26,514 nucleotides of DNA from a virus (Duplodnaviria; Caudoviricetes), in the IMG/VR virus record IMGVR_UViG_3300042997_002643, positions 1-26,514 of that record; one strand, 5' to 3'. How positions within the stretch are numbered: position 1 is the stretch's first letter; every line of letters begins with the position of its first letter. Under the pieces are notes generated by a model, which worked only from the letters and a program-made list of their open reading frames with translations, did not search any database and had not been told where the DNA came from. Shown one piece after another: positions 17,020-24,963 of the stretch. The position numbers and the translations under genes are program-made.

Positions 17020-18054
17020 TTAGCGATAGGTTTCGCGGTAGAGGCGGTCGGTTTCGGCGGCGAAAGCCGCGTCATACTCCGGCCCACCGACCTTGCCGCG
17101 CGGATCCGAGATGCGGGCTTTCAGATCGGCTTCGCTCGTGCCGCCACCGGCGGCGCCGCCCATGGCGGGCATCGGCTCACCACCCGTGCCGCGCAGCCAT
17201 TCGATGGCCGCGTGGGCGCGGGGATCGCCGGCAGCCGACGCGGCAAAGAAATCTGCAACGCCCTCCGGCATGGTCTTGTTGGCTTTGGCGCCATCGACCC
17301 ACGCGATATTGTCCTGGACACGACGCGCGCCGGCGGCCTCACGCTCGGCGTCGGTGCCCGACGTCATGGTCGCCGGCGCCATGTCGCGCAGCATTGCCTT
17401 CGGATCGGCCGGCGCCGCGACGAGCTCGCCGTCCACAAAATGCTCGAGCACGGCCGGTAGGAAAGCGCGGAACATCTTGTCCGACATACCGACCTTGTGC
17501 GCGATGCCGCGCACGGCGCCATAGACAGGATCCTTGTCGAAATTCTCGACGTAAGGTTTCAGCTTGTCGCTGGCGTCAAAGCCATATCCTTCCGGCTTTT
17601 CCGGCACCGAACCGGCCTCACCGATCGACTGACGGGCGCCCTTGTAAGCGCCAAAGACTTTATCGAGCGTCTCACGATCGTTGCTGCCGAACAGATGATC
17701 GGGCAGACCCTCCGGCCGGTAGGCGTCACCGGCCGGAGGTTGCGGCGCCGGCACCGGTGAGGGATCCGGTGCAGGCGCAGGGGCGGGCGCCGGAGACGGC
17801 GCAGGGGCGGGAGATGGCGCTGGCGTTGGAGCAGGCGCCGGCGGATCATCGGGCGACAACAAAAAGCGAGGCGCGCCAAAAGGCCGCGCCATCATCGAGA
17901 TTGGGCTAGCGCTTACCACCGCGTCGCTGGCGCCAACGATAGCTGCGGCGCCAGCGACTGCGGCGCCGGGCAAAAAACGGGAGCCCCCGCTAACGCTTGC
18001 GCGGGCGCTTTGCTGCAGGCTTGCGGGCTCGCTTCGGACGTGTGGATCGCTCAT
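17020..18054 (-). CDS. Capsid scaffolding/assembly protein (344 aa)
   Basis: Start at ATG 18054 with SD GAGGG. Pro/Ala repeat, YRPEGLPDHL, VPEKPEGYGF and C-terminal DPR....EYDAAF..ETDRLY are typical of these scaffolds. Confidence 0.75.
   Translation of the reverse strand: MSDPHVRSEPASLQQSARASVSGGSRFLPGAAVAGAAAIVGASDAVVSASPISMMARPFGAPRFLLSPDDPPAPAPTPAPSPAPAPSPAPAPAPAPDPSPVPAPQPPAGDAYRPEGLPDHLFGSNDRETLDKVFGAYKGARQSIGEAGSVPEKPEGYGFDASDKLKPYVENFDKDPVYGAVRGIAHKVGMSDKMFRAFLPAVLEHFVDGELVAAPADPKAMLRDMAPATMTSGTDAEREAAGARRVQDNIAWVDGAKANKTMPEGVADFFAASAAGDPRAHAAIEWLRGTGGEPMPAMGGAAGGGTSEADLKARISDPRGKVGGPEYDAAFAAETDRLYRETYR
17740..17845 (-). repeat. Pro-Ala low-complexity coding repeat in the scaffold
   Basis: PPAPAPTPAPSPAPAPSPAPAPAPAPDPSPVPAPQPPA. 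Confidence 0.8.
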
Positions 18055-18445
18055 GGTTTCCCTCTCTCTGTGGTGGCTGCTCGTTTCGCCCCTCGGCGAT
18101 CCATGCGAGCAGCAGAAACACGGTTGCGGACATGCCCTCGCGAAACTGGCCCTGCGCCAGCACCTGATCGGGCGGCATGCCCAGCTGCGTGATGAAGGTC
18201 GGGCGACGCAGCACCGCATCGCACAGCGCTTCGAGCAGTTCTTCGCCTTCGGCGTCACCGAACTTGCGCGCCGCGATCTCGCGCACGCGCTTGGTGTTCT
18301 CGATCGCCGCCTGGGCAAACACCGGCAAATCCTTGCTGTCGGCATCGCCGAACAGGCCTTTCAGGATGTCCTTTGCACCGCCGATAAAATCATCGACGGG
18401 CTGGGCGTCGCGCGTGCCGAAGCGGCTGGAGGATATCGCGACCAT
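17990..18445 (-). CDS. Bbp19-like phage protein (151 aa)
   Basis: FGDAEGEELLEAL...FREGMSATV motif, in the usual position just after the portal gene. Confidence 0.7.
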   Translation of the reverse strand: MVAISSSRFGTRDAQPVDDFIGGAKDILKGLFGDADSKDLPVFAQAAIENTKRVREIAARKFGDAEGEELLEALCDAVLRRPTFITQLGMPPDQVLAQGQFREGMSATVFLLLAWIAEGRNEQPPQREGNHERSTRPKRARKPAAKRPRKR

Positions 18446-20019
18446 TACGCTGCCTTTGCCTGCTGTGGCTGCTGTTGCGCCGCCGCGATCTGTGCTGCAG
18501 CGTCCGCCATTTGCTTCATGAGCGCCTTACGCTCTTTTTCCGTGGTGAGCAGATTTGCGGGGATCTGATCTTCAGCGATCGCCATCAGCGCGTCGTCGAC
18601 CTTGACGATCAATTCGGCTGCCATTGGCGTGCCTTTGACGGCGACAACCAGCTGGATGAAATCGATGATGCGCGAATGCGCGGCAGCCTTCACCGCCTGG
18701 GTGATCGGCGACAGCACGTCCAGCTTGATCAGCAAGCTGTCGATGTCGAGATCCGGCACGCCCTGAATGTTCATGCGCGACAGGATCTCGATCACGCGGC
18801 GCACGATGACAGGATGCACCTCGTTGACGATGCGCGCCCACGCACCCATGTAGTTTTGCGAGATGCGCTTCATGCGCGCCATGATCTCGGTCGCGGAAAC
18901 CGGCGTCGCACCTTTCTCCGGCAGGCGATCATCGCCGAGCATCGACTGCACCTGCAGGCGCAGTTCCTGCGTGATGAGCTGGCCGACATCGATTTTGCCG
19001 GCAGCCGCGTCGAGGCGAGTGACGTCGGCGCCGAGCACGCCACCCGTTGCCTGCATTGGCCAGAACTCACCGGGGCCGAAGCGGACCGTGTCAGGGTTGA
19101 ACGTGCCGCCTGGCCGATAACCCCAGATGCCGAGCATCTGGATGGCGGCGGACTTCAGCGTCAGCTCGACGGCCTTGTTGAGGGTCTTGATCGTTGGCAG
19201 CGCCAGCAGGATCGGGCCGCGGCCATAGGGCTCGCCGGGCACACGATGATAGCGCGGCACCGCCATCGGCTGCGTTTTGTACTCGTCCTGTTTGATCGGC
19301 CGCTCGCAACCGTCAATGAACGCTATGAATGCCCAGCGGCCGGTTTTCGGATCCCGCACGAAGTCCTGCCGGATGAGGATCTCGTCATCCGGCTTTTCCT
19401 TGAGCTGGTCCTTGAAGGTCTGCGGGAAGTCGCCGTCTTGAAACGCATCAGCGATGGCGCGGCGCGACAGGTTCGATTTCCAGTAGATCCCGACCACCTT
19501 GCCGAAGGCGTCGACCTCGATCGCCAGTTCGTCGAAAGGAATGCAGACGAAGCGTACCGGGTTGGTGCTATCGCCCTGGACAGGAAACAGCGCGCCGGTT
19601 CCGACCAGCAGATCGATGCACATCTCACTGGACGCGGTATCGAATTCGCCGGTGGTGAAGAACGCGGACACGATGCTGGAGATCGCCTGCAGCTCTTTCT
19701 TGAGGGCGTCAAGCTGCGATTTCGACATGCCAATCTTGGCGACCGCGCCGGGCGCGAGCTTGAAGAAATCCGGCGGGAATAGATCCTGATGCAACTGGCC
19801 GGCGGAGCGGAACGAGCTTTCGATGGCGGTTGCGTCGAATACGCGCTCGATCCGGTTTTGCGCTTTGCCGCCGCGTGAGGCCGGACGACGGAACGGGATG
19901 GCGAACTCATAGGCATCGTCATAGAATTTTTGCCACAGGTCGCGATCGGCCCACGCCTTATCGGAGCGCCGCCGATGCGCTTTCAGTTCAATGTCGGCAA
20001 TCGTGCGACGTTTCTTCAC
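18445..20019 (-). CDS. Portal protein (head-tail connector, 524 aa)
   Basis: W...YDDAYEFAIP.R, VFDATA, DLLVGTG, VPRY.RVPGEPYGRGP..ALPTIKTLN and SATEI..R motifs; GTG start. Confidence 0.93.
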   Translation of the reverse strand: MKKRRTIADIELKAHRRRSDKAWADRDLWQKFYDDAYEFAIPFRRPASRGGKAQNRIERVFDATAIESSFRSAGQLHQDLFPPDFFKLAPGAVAKIGMSKSQLDALKKELQAISSIVSAFFTTGEFDTASSEMCIDLLVGTGALFPVQGDSTNPVRFVCIPFDELAIEVDAFGKVVGIYWKSNLSRRAIADAFQDGDFPQTFKDQLKEKPDDEILIRQDFVRDPKTGRWAFIAFIDGCERPIKQDEYKTQPMAVPRYHRVPGEPYGRGPILLALPTIKTLNKAVELTLKSAAIQMLGIWGYRPGGTFNPDTVRFGPGEFWPMQATGGVLGADVTRLDAAAGKIDVGQLITQELRLQVQSMLGDDRLPEKGATPVSATEIMARMKRISQNYMGAWARIVNEVHPVIVRRVIEILSRMNIQGVPDLDIDSLLIKLDVLSPITQAVKAAAHSRIIDFIQLVVAVKGTPMAAELIVKVDDALMAIAEDQIPANLLTTEKERKALMKQMADAAAQIAAAQQQPQQAKAA

Positions 20020-20021
20020 GA

Positions 20022-20270
20022 TCAGTTGCCGCCAAGGCTCGATGACACGCCGCTCTCGCCAGTGGCGGCGAGCAGCAGTCGGCGACCTTTCGGCGCGCGA
20101 CTGGCACGGCCGAGCTGCTGATCGGTTTCGGCTTCCTGCCCTTGGACGTCCTGCCGGGAGCGGGCGAGGGCAATCTGCTGTTCCTCGCGCGACTTGCGCG
20201 CCTGGGCATCAGCCGCCGACGTGTCCGGCCCGCTGAACAGTGATCCGATCCCGTCGATGAATTTGGACAT
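20022..20270 (-). CDS. Small virion protein upstream of portal (82 aa)
   Basis: ATG 20270 with SD GAGGG; MSKFIDGIGSLFSGPD...GRRLLL...SLG, typical of the gp6.7/7.3-position proteins. Confidence 0.65.
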   Translation of the reverse strand: MSKFIDGIGSLFSGPDTSAADAQARKSREEQQIALARSRQDVQGQEAETDQQLGRASRAPKGRRLLLAATGESGVSSSLGGN

Positions 20271-20700
20271 GTGGGCGGCCCTCGAATTCCCATTGATCGA
20301 ACGGGCCGATGGAGCCGAGCCGGACCATGTCGCAGAGCGCCGCGAGCCGGGCGCCTGGTCGATGGCCGCTCCGCACCATGGCGCGAACACGAACCGGGGC
20401 ATTCAAGGCGAGCCGCGCCCGCGTTAACTCGGCGGCGCGCAGGAAGGGCAGCAGGTGTTTTTTGAACTCAGGGCGGCAAGCGAATGCCAGTTCGACATAG
20501 CGCTCGCCGGGAACGATCGGCGGCAGTGGATAGAACAGGGCGGCCGCCATCAAGCGGTCGCCGGCGTACCAGCCCTCGATTTCCGACCGGGCGATCATCA
20601 CGATCGCCGACTTGGCCGCGATCGGCTTCATGGGCGCATTCGCCATGTAGAGATCGAGAACGTCGGAAGCCGGCGGAGCAAGGCATGACCTCAAGGTCAT
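20209..20700 (-). CDS. Putative GNAT-fold phage protein (163 aa)
   Basis: 4-nt overlap with the terL stop; GDRLMAAALF..VELAFAC..VRAMVRSGHRPGARLA pattern resembles GNAT motif A/B; common terL-adjacent gene. Confidence 0.5.
   Translation of the reverse strand: MTLRSCLAPPASDVLDLYMANAPMKPIAAKSAIVMIARSEIEGWYAGDRLMAAALFYPLPPIVPGERYVELAFACRPEFKKHLLPFLRAAELTRARLALNAPVRVRAMVRSGHRPGARLAALCDMVRLGSIGPFDQWEFEGRPHVQIHRRDRITVQRAGHVGG
20401..20430 (-). promoter_or_regulatory. Variant internal late promoter upstream of the small virion and portal genes
   Basis: GAGTTAACGCGG; TTAACG-N15-TTGAAT, inside the GNAT-like CDS. Confidence 0.4.
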
Positions 20701-22241
20701 AAGTTGAACTCCCGGGACGGGCCGCGCCCCGATGAGATCGGCACGACATTGCCTGGACGGCCCGCGCGCGCCGCATCGTTGATGATGCCGGCGTGGCCGC
20801 GGGATCCGTAGCAGACATACTGCCCGGCCTCGTGCGGGTGCGAGACCGCGTTTTTGCGGAAGGCGATGCGGTCAGTTGTGTCGTGCCGGTTCTTGTCCAT
20901 GACAAACCCGCCCTGGAAGCCGCGCGTGATCAGCTTCATCGACTTGCAATGCTGGAAGTAGGGCAGGCCCTGATCATCAAGACCACGGCGGATAAACCAG
21001 TCCACCGACTCCTGCCGCATGCTGGGATCATTGCTGTCCGTTGGCAGGATTGGCACGCCCAGCGCCTTACCGACCATTTCGGGCATCGCCAGCTCGCCAG
21101 CGGTCCGATCGACGCCGTGGAAAGCCGACGGGTCACACCACCCCATCAGCACTGGCAGGCCGCGATACTTTGCCTGCAGATGGTCCACGACATATTCGGT
21201 GAAACGGCCGGCGCCAGTGCCGGGATCCGTGGTGAGCTCACTCAGCCACAGCATGCGGCCGGTCGGCGTGTACTGCGAGACGATCAACGCCGGGGTGCCG
21301 CCGCCGTCGAAGCCGAGCCGCAGCGGCAGATCGAGCGGCTGCATGATCTCGCGGGAGCAATGGATCGCGTGATTATAGCCGGGATAGACCAGGGCGCCGT
21401 CGCCAACCAGGCCGAATTCGGCATCCACCATGCGGCGCTTCTTGTCGGCGGGGAGCGTCTCCGCAAGGCTCACATAGCTTTCGCGAGTGACATAGCGCCG
21501 GTTCTCGGCATTCTCGGCCAGGCCGCTCGGCTGCCGATGCAGCTTGTAGCCAGGCCGGGGCTTTTCGATGAAATCGCTGTAGACATAGTTCGAGATCAGC
21601 GGCGCATTGAGGTCGCCCCACACGCTGCCGGGTATCTCCGCATTCGGATCCGCAAGCATGGCGCGGCCGGGATAGCGCCCTTGGGCGACACGCGAATAGA
21701 TGAAGCTGGGCACCTCGCCGTCGAGCAAGTCGGCTTCGGTGCACCATCCAAAATTAATCTGGTAGCCGCGCATGCGGCCTTCCATCGTGTCCTTGGTGAT
21801 ACCGAACCCGTCGATGATAATCTGGATCTCGCGGCCCTTCGGCGTGAGGAACCGCAGCACGATCTGCAGCGGACGGTCCTGGCCGCCGCTCCAATGCACG
21901 CCCGGCGCGCCCGGCTTGAAGAACTGCTGCAGGCTAGGCACCGCCGTCTTGTAGAGATCTCGCAGGTTCTCATGGACGACGCAGCCGCGGACGCGGATCA
22001 CGCCATCCTTGCAGGGCGGCATGCGCAGCGCGAAGGCGAGGATGCGGAAGACGCTGCAGGTGGTCTTTGCCGATCCAACCGGGCCCATGATGAATTCGAT
22101 GGGCTTCATGCCGTACATGTAGGCCTCACCAACCGGACCCGGTGCGTCCATCGAGATTAGGTTGACGGCTTCGCCGGTGAGCTGCGGCAACTGGATGCCG
22201 GACGGCATCGAGAATTCGTTCGGGATCTCCCACTCGCTCAT
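20697..22241 (-). CDS. terL: Terminase large subunit (514 aa)
   Basis: Start reassigned to ATG 22241. Walker A-like IMGPVGSAKTT, Walker B-like FGWCTEAD, GDLNAP coupling motif, AENAEN, RNase H-type LGFDGG, WCDPS and SHPHEAGQY. Confidence 0.92.
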   Translation of the reverse strand: MSEWEIPNEFSMPSGIQLPQLTGEAVNLISMDAPGPVGEAYMYGMKPIEFIMGPVGSAKTTCSVFRILAFALRMPPCKDGVIRVRGCVVHENLRDLYKTAVPSLQQFFKPGAPGVHWSGGQDRPLQIVLRFLTPKGREIQIIIDGFGITKDTMEGRMRGYQINFGWCTEADLLDGEVPSFIYSRVAQGRYPGRAMLADPNAEIPGSVWGDLNAPLISNYVYSDFIEKPRPGYKLHRQPSGLAENAENRRYVTRESYVSLAETLPADKKRRMVDAEFGLVGDGALVYPGYNHAIHCSREIMQPLDLPLRLGFDGGGTPALIVSQYTPTGRMLWLSELTTDPGTGAGRFTEYVVDHLQAKYRGLPVLMGWCDPSAFHGVDRTAGELAMPEMVGKALGVPILPTDSNDPSMRQESVDWFIRRGLDDQGLPYFQHCKSMKLITRGFQGGFVMDKNRHDTTDRIAFRKNAVSHPHEAGQYVCYGSRGHAGIINDAARAGRPGNVVPISSGRGPSREFNL

Positions 22242-22569
22242 CGCGCCATCCCCACGCCCCGCATGGCGCCGGCGTTTTGGGTCCGCCCCCGTCGCCCTCG
22301 CTGTTCGAACCATTGGTCTCGCGGCGCGTGCGCGTCGAAATCGGAGTGAGTGTGCATAGGCACCCCCGGGGAGGGGGAGGGCCAAGTGATTTTCCAAGGC
22401 CGCCCGGCCAGGCGCGCGCGCGCGAAGGGCGCCCGGGGGGAGGCGCGCAACACGCGCCGATCGCGCGCGAGGCCGCGCGTCCCCCGATAAGTTCCCATTA
22501 ACGGCCGTGTGTCGATTAGCTCAATGATATCAATGGCATCAATCATCGTGAGACTTTCCGTCGTGAGAC
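22242..22569. other. GC-rich non-coding terS-terL gap and terS 3' end, candidate packaging/terminus site
   Basis: About 300 bp gap with G/C runs, a (CG)6 tract at 22411-22424, three TCAAT repeats and TCGTGAGAC direct repeats at 22546 and 22561. Confidence 0.45.
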
Positions 22570-23156
22570 ACTTCGCCGTTGATCGTGTTATGTTGTTGAT
22601 CTTGCTTGGCTTTCTGCATCGCCTCGATGCGGTCTTCGAGGCCGACGGAATTGACCTGAACGTTGGTGGTCGAGCCGGCCGCGCCGCCCATGACGAACAC
22701 CGGCAATACGTCATTGCCTTTCTCGTCGACCGCCACGCGCTTGCTGTGGCCGTAGGGCAGAGCGCTCTCGCGCAGCGATGCCTGGAAGCGCACGACATCC
22801 ATCACGGTGGCGCCGAGCTTCAGGCCGCAGTCGCTGGCGATTTTGCGCAGATCCGTGATCAGATCCTTCGTGTTCGCATTGCCCATGGCGATCTGGGCGA
22901 TCAACGGGTCGCCATAGCGCGACACGGCCGCCTGAAACGTCTTGTTGGTTCGGATATTCACCGAGCCAGCGGGCCGCCCTCTCCCTCGCTGGGCTGTCAT
23001 TGGTATCGCGAGCGGTAGCAGATCGTCGATCGCCAGCGTCTGCTGCGCATCCTGCGCCGACATCGGCAATGCCGACGCCTGGTCGCCGCCAGTCGCCGCG
23101 TGCGCGCCGATACACGCCCTCGATCCTGCCTGATCTCGGTCCTGATCAGCAGCCAT
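22539..23156 (-). CDS. terS: Terminase small subunit (205 aa; start uncertain)
   Basis: RGRGRPAGSVNIRT motif, ALPYGHSK motif, position upstream of terL. Confidence 0.75.
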   Translation of the reverse strand: MAADQDRDQAGSRACIGAHAATGGDQASALPMSAQDAQQTLAIDDLLPLAIPMTAQRGRGRPAGSVNIRTNKTFQAAVSRYGDPLIAQIAMGNANTKDLITDLRKIASDCGLKLGATVMDVVRFQASLRESALPYGHSKRVAVDEKGNDVLPVFVMGGAAGSTTNVQVNSVGLEDRIEAMQKAKQDQQHNTINGEVSHDGKSHDD

Positions 23157-23217
23157 GACGACGCGCCTGATTATTTAATTCGGAGTTTTTGGCCGCGACT
23201 GCATCCGCGTCGGCGCC

Positions 23218-23453
23218 GGTTACAACAGTGCCCGCCTTGTAACCTTTTTGTAACCGAGATTTGTCAATAAATTCAATCATATAACCCTCATGGTTACAAG
23301 TTACACGGTTACAACACACTCCCTCGCGCGCGCGTGCGCGCGTAGGTGCGAAGCCTGCGAAAATCTGTAACTTGTAACCTTTGGGGGTAAGTCGCTGATC
23401 TCGCTGAGGAAATCCGGTTACAACGAGGGTTACACGCTGTAACCGTTGTAACC
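23218..23453. repeat. Array of 12 GTTACA/TGTAAC repeats in both orientations with an AT-rich core and a CG-alternating tract (origin-like)
   Basis: Copies begin at 23218+, 23238-, 23249-, 23292+, 23299+, 23307+, 23366-, 23373-, 23416+, 23428+, 23438- and 23447-. AT-rich stretch at 23259-23286; CGCGCGCGCGTGCGCGCG at about 23325-23342. Confidence 0.85.
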
Positions 23454-23484
23454 TCTCCCGGTCCCGCATCACGCCATATCCGCT

Positions 23485-23514
23485 CGTTTCGCACGGTCGC
23501 AGCGGTGTTAACTC
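23485..23514 (-). promoter_or_regulatory. Putative late promoter heading the terS/packaging operon
   Basis: GAGTTAACACCG at 23503-23514; the N15-downstream hexamer GAAACG is a weaker -10 match. Confidence 0.6.
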
Positions 23515-23714
23515 GACAGAAATGGGTCGGGGTCGGGGCAGGGCGAGGGCGCGGGACACAATGGTGGCGGCGACGGGCGTGGGGCGCTGATGCATGGGCT
23601 CAGTTCTGTCGAGGCGGGAGAGATGATGCGGACGCGCGCGAGCGCGCGACGTGCGGCCGTGCTGTTCGGCGCTGACGCGCCGGCACGGTCCGCGGTCGTG
23701 GTGAGGCCTCAGCC

Positions 23715-23990
23715 TCACAGCATGCCCAGGGCTTGCAGATAGGTCTCAAGGATGGTGTCGGCTTCGGCACGCTCGTTCGCGTCCATCTTCCGCAGTCTGA
23801 TTAGCGTCTTCAAAGCCTTGACGTCGTAGCCATTGCCCTTCGCCTCGCCGTACACGTCAGCGATATCGTCGCTGATCGTTTTCTTTTCCTCCTCCAGGCG
23901 CTCGATGCGCTCAACGATCGCTTTGAGCTGGTCTTTCGCGAAACTATGCGTGGCCTGGTCGTCGAGGACGGCCGCTGCTGATGTCGCCAC
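23715..23990 (-). CDS. gapR: GapR / DUF2312 (UPF0335) nucleoid-associated protein (91 aa)
   Basis: [51 protein letters not shown]...[11 protein letters not shown] is the DUF2312 signature. Confidence 0.93.
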   Translation of the reverse strand: MATSAAAVLDDQATHSFAKDQLKAIVERIERLEEEKKTISDDIADVYGEAKGNGYDVKALKTLIRLRKMDANERAEADTILETYLQALGML

Positions 23991-23996
23991 TCTCGT

Positions 23997-24251
23997 TCAC
24001 TTTCTGCCGGCATCGCCGGCGGCTTGATATGCGCGAGATCCGCTCGCGCTCGGATGGGGGATGGGTTCGCATGCGGGCCGCTGCGCAGCGCTGAACGGCT
24101 TGCCGCCGTTGCGCTGCCACTCGGTCCAGTGCGGCGGAAAATTCGCGGGCTCGTGCCGCGTGATCATCCACAGGCCGCAACGCATGCATTGCCGCTGCGT
24201 GCGCTCATGATCGCGATTGCGCTCGACCCACTTGTGACGCTCTACAGCCAT
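23997..24251 (-). CDS. Hypothetical small protein with CxxC motif (84 aa)
   Basis: ATG 24251 with SD GAGG; HKW...QCMRCGL...PAC, possibly Zn-binding; tightly packed in the operon. Confidence 0.6.
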   Translation of the reverse strand: MAVERHKWVERNRDHERTQRQCMRCGLWMITRHEPANFPPHWTEWQRNGGKPFSAAQRPACEPIPHPSASGSRAYQAAGDAGRK

Positions 24252-24700
24252 AGATCCGCCTCGCATTCACCAGGCGCGAGCAGCGGTCGAGGCGGCGGCG
24301 GGATCTCGCGCGTGATCGGCGGCTCGTCGCAGAACATGTCGTACATGCCGAAGGTCTTGCGGCGGATGATCTTCAGTTGCTGATTGAGGATCGGCGGGAT
24401 CGCCTGCAGATGCTCCGGCCGCACGCAGCGCGTAACGAGCAGCGGATCCGGCGCCCAAGCGGCGCACATGTGATCGACATCGTAGCCAAAAGGTATTGGC
24501 CCGATGAATTGCTCATGGATATATCGATGCGCCGGCATCACCAGCCGGGTGCCGGGCCGCAGGATCCGCCCATATGCGCCGCGGCCGAGGTGATCGCCAT
24601 AACCGTCATCTCCGCCGGCCCAAAGGTAACAGCCTGATGGGCAGACAACGACGCGCTCCATGAGGTCATCGAGCGTAAGCAGATGGCGAGAACGCTTCAT
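24242..24700 (-). CDS. HNH endonuclease family protein (152 aa)
   Basis: SGCYLWAG...YGRI...AHRYIHEQFIGPIP.GYDVDHMC....CVRPEHLQ.....N. Confidence 0.85.
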   Translation of the reverse strand: MKRSRHLLTLDDLMERVVVCPSGCYLWAGGDDGYGDHLGRGAYGRILRPGTRLVMPAHRYIHEQFIGPIPFGYDVDHMCAAWAPDPLLVTRCVRPEHLQAIPPILNQQLKIIRRKTFGMYDMFCDEPPITREIPPPPRPLLAPGECEADLWL

Positions 24701-24963
24701 GACTTCAGCCGCCTACCGCTGGATAGCCGCTCCCGCTTTGTCACTTTCTTGGGCTTTAAAGGCTTCTGCAGCGGCAAGCCCCAGTCGGCATCCACAAATT
24801 CGGCGCCCATGCGCGCAAAATTGTATTCCTCGTCATATTCGATCTCGAATTCGAGGCAGGCCGCCGGCACTGCGCGCCGGCGCGGCGCGTTAGACATGGC
24901 CCATCGCATGCGGAACGATATCCGCGCATTTAACAACGCTAACGTCTCTCTCGCCTGCATCAT
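24697..24963 (-). CDS. Hypothetical protein (88 aa)
   Basis: ATGA overlaps at both ends; basic C-terminus. Confidence 0.5.
   Translation of the reverse strand: MMQARETLALLNARISFRMRWAMSNAPRRRAVPAACLEFEIEYDEEYNFARMGAEFVDADWGLPLQKPLKPKKVTKRERLSSGRRLKS

Noticed and set aside
21730-22095. Non-canonical terminase Walker motifs (GSAKT, WCTE) suggesting a dead enzyme
   Set aside because: The catalytic Lys-Thr and Glu are retained, such variants occur in this terminase clade, and the ORF is intact
565-22160. Long plus-strand ORFs (e.g. 7078-8487, 10674-12170, 14293-15696, 18475-19782, 20793-22160)
   Set aside because: Antisense shadows of high-GC3 minus-strand genes; Arg/Ala-rich with no recognisable motifs
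22242-22397. Extended N-termini in the ORF track (terL 22397; also 18345, 16729, 14510, 11350, 1317)
   Set aside because: The extensions overlap upstream genes or regulatory DNA and lack an SD; better-supported internal starts were used
23218-23453. CRISPR-like array
   Set aside because: Repeats are only 6-9 bp, in mixed orientation and irregularly spaced; no cas genes
23146-23718. 190-aa minus-strand ORF across the repeat array
   Set aside because: Its VT/LQ/YK repeats are just translations of GTTACA/TGTAAC; it spans the promoter and iterons and has no SD
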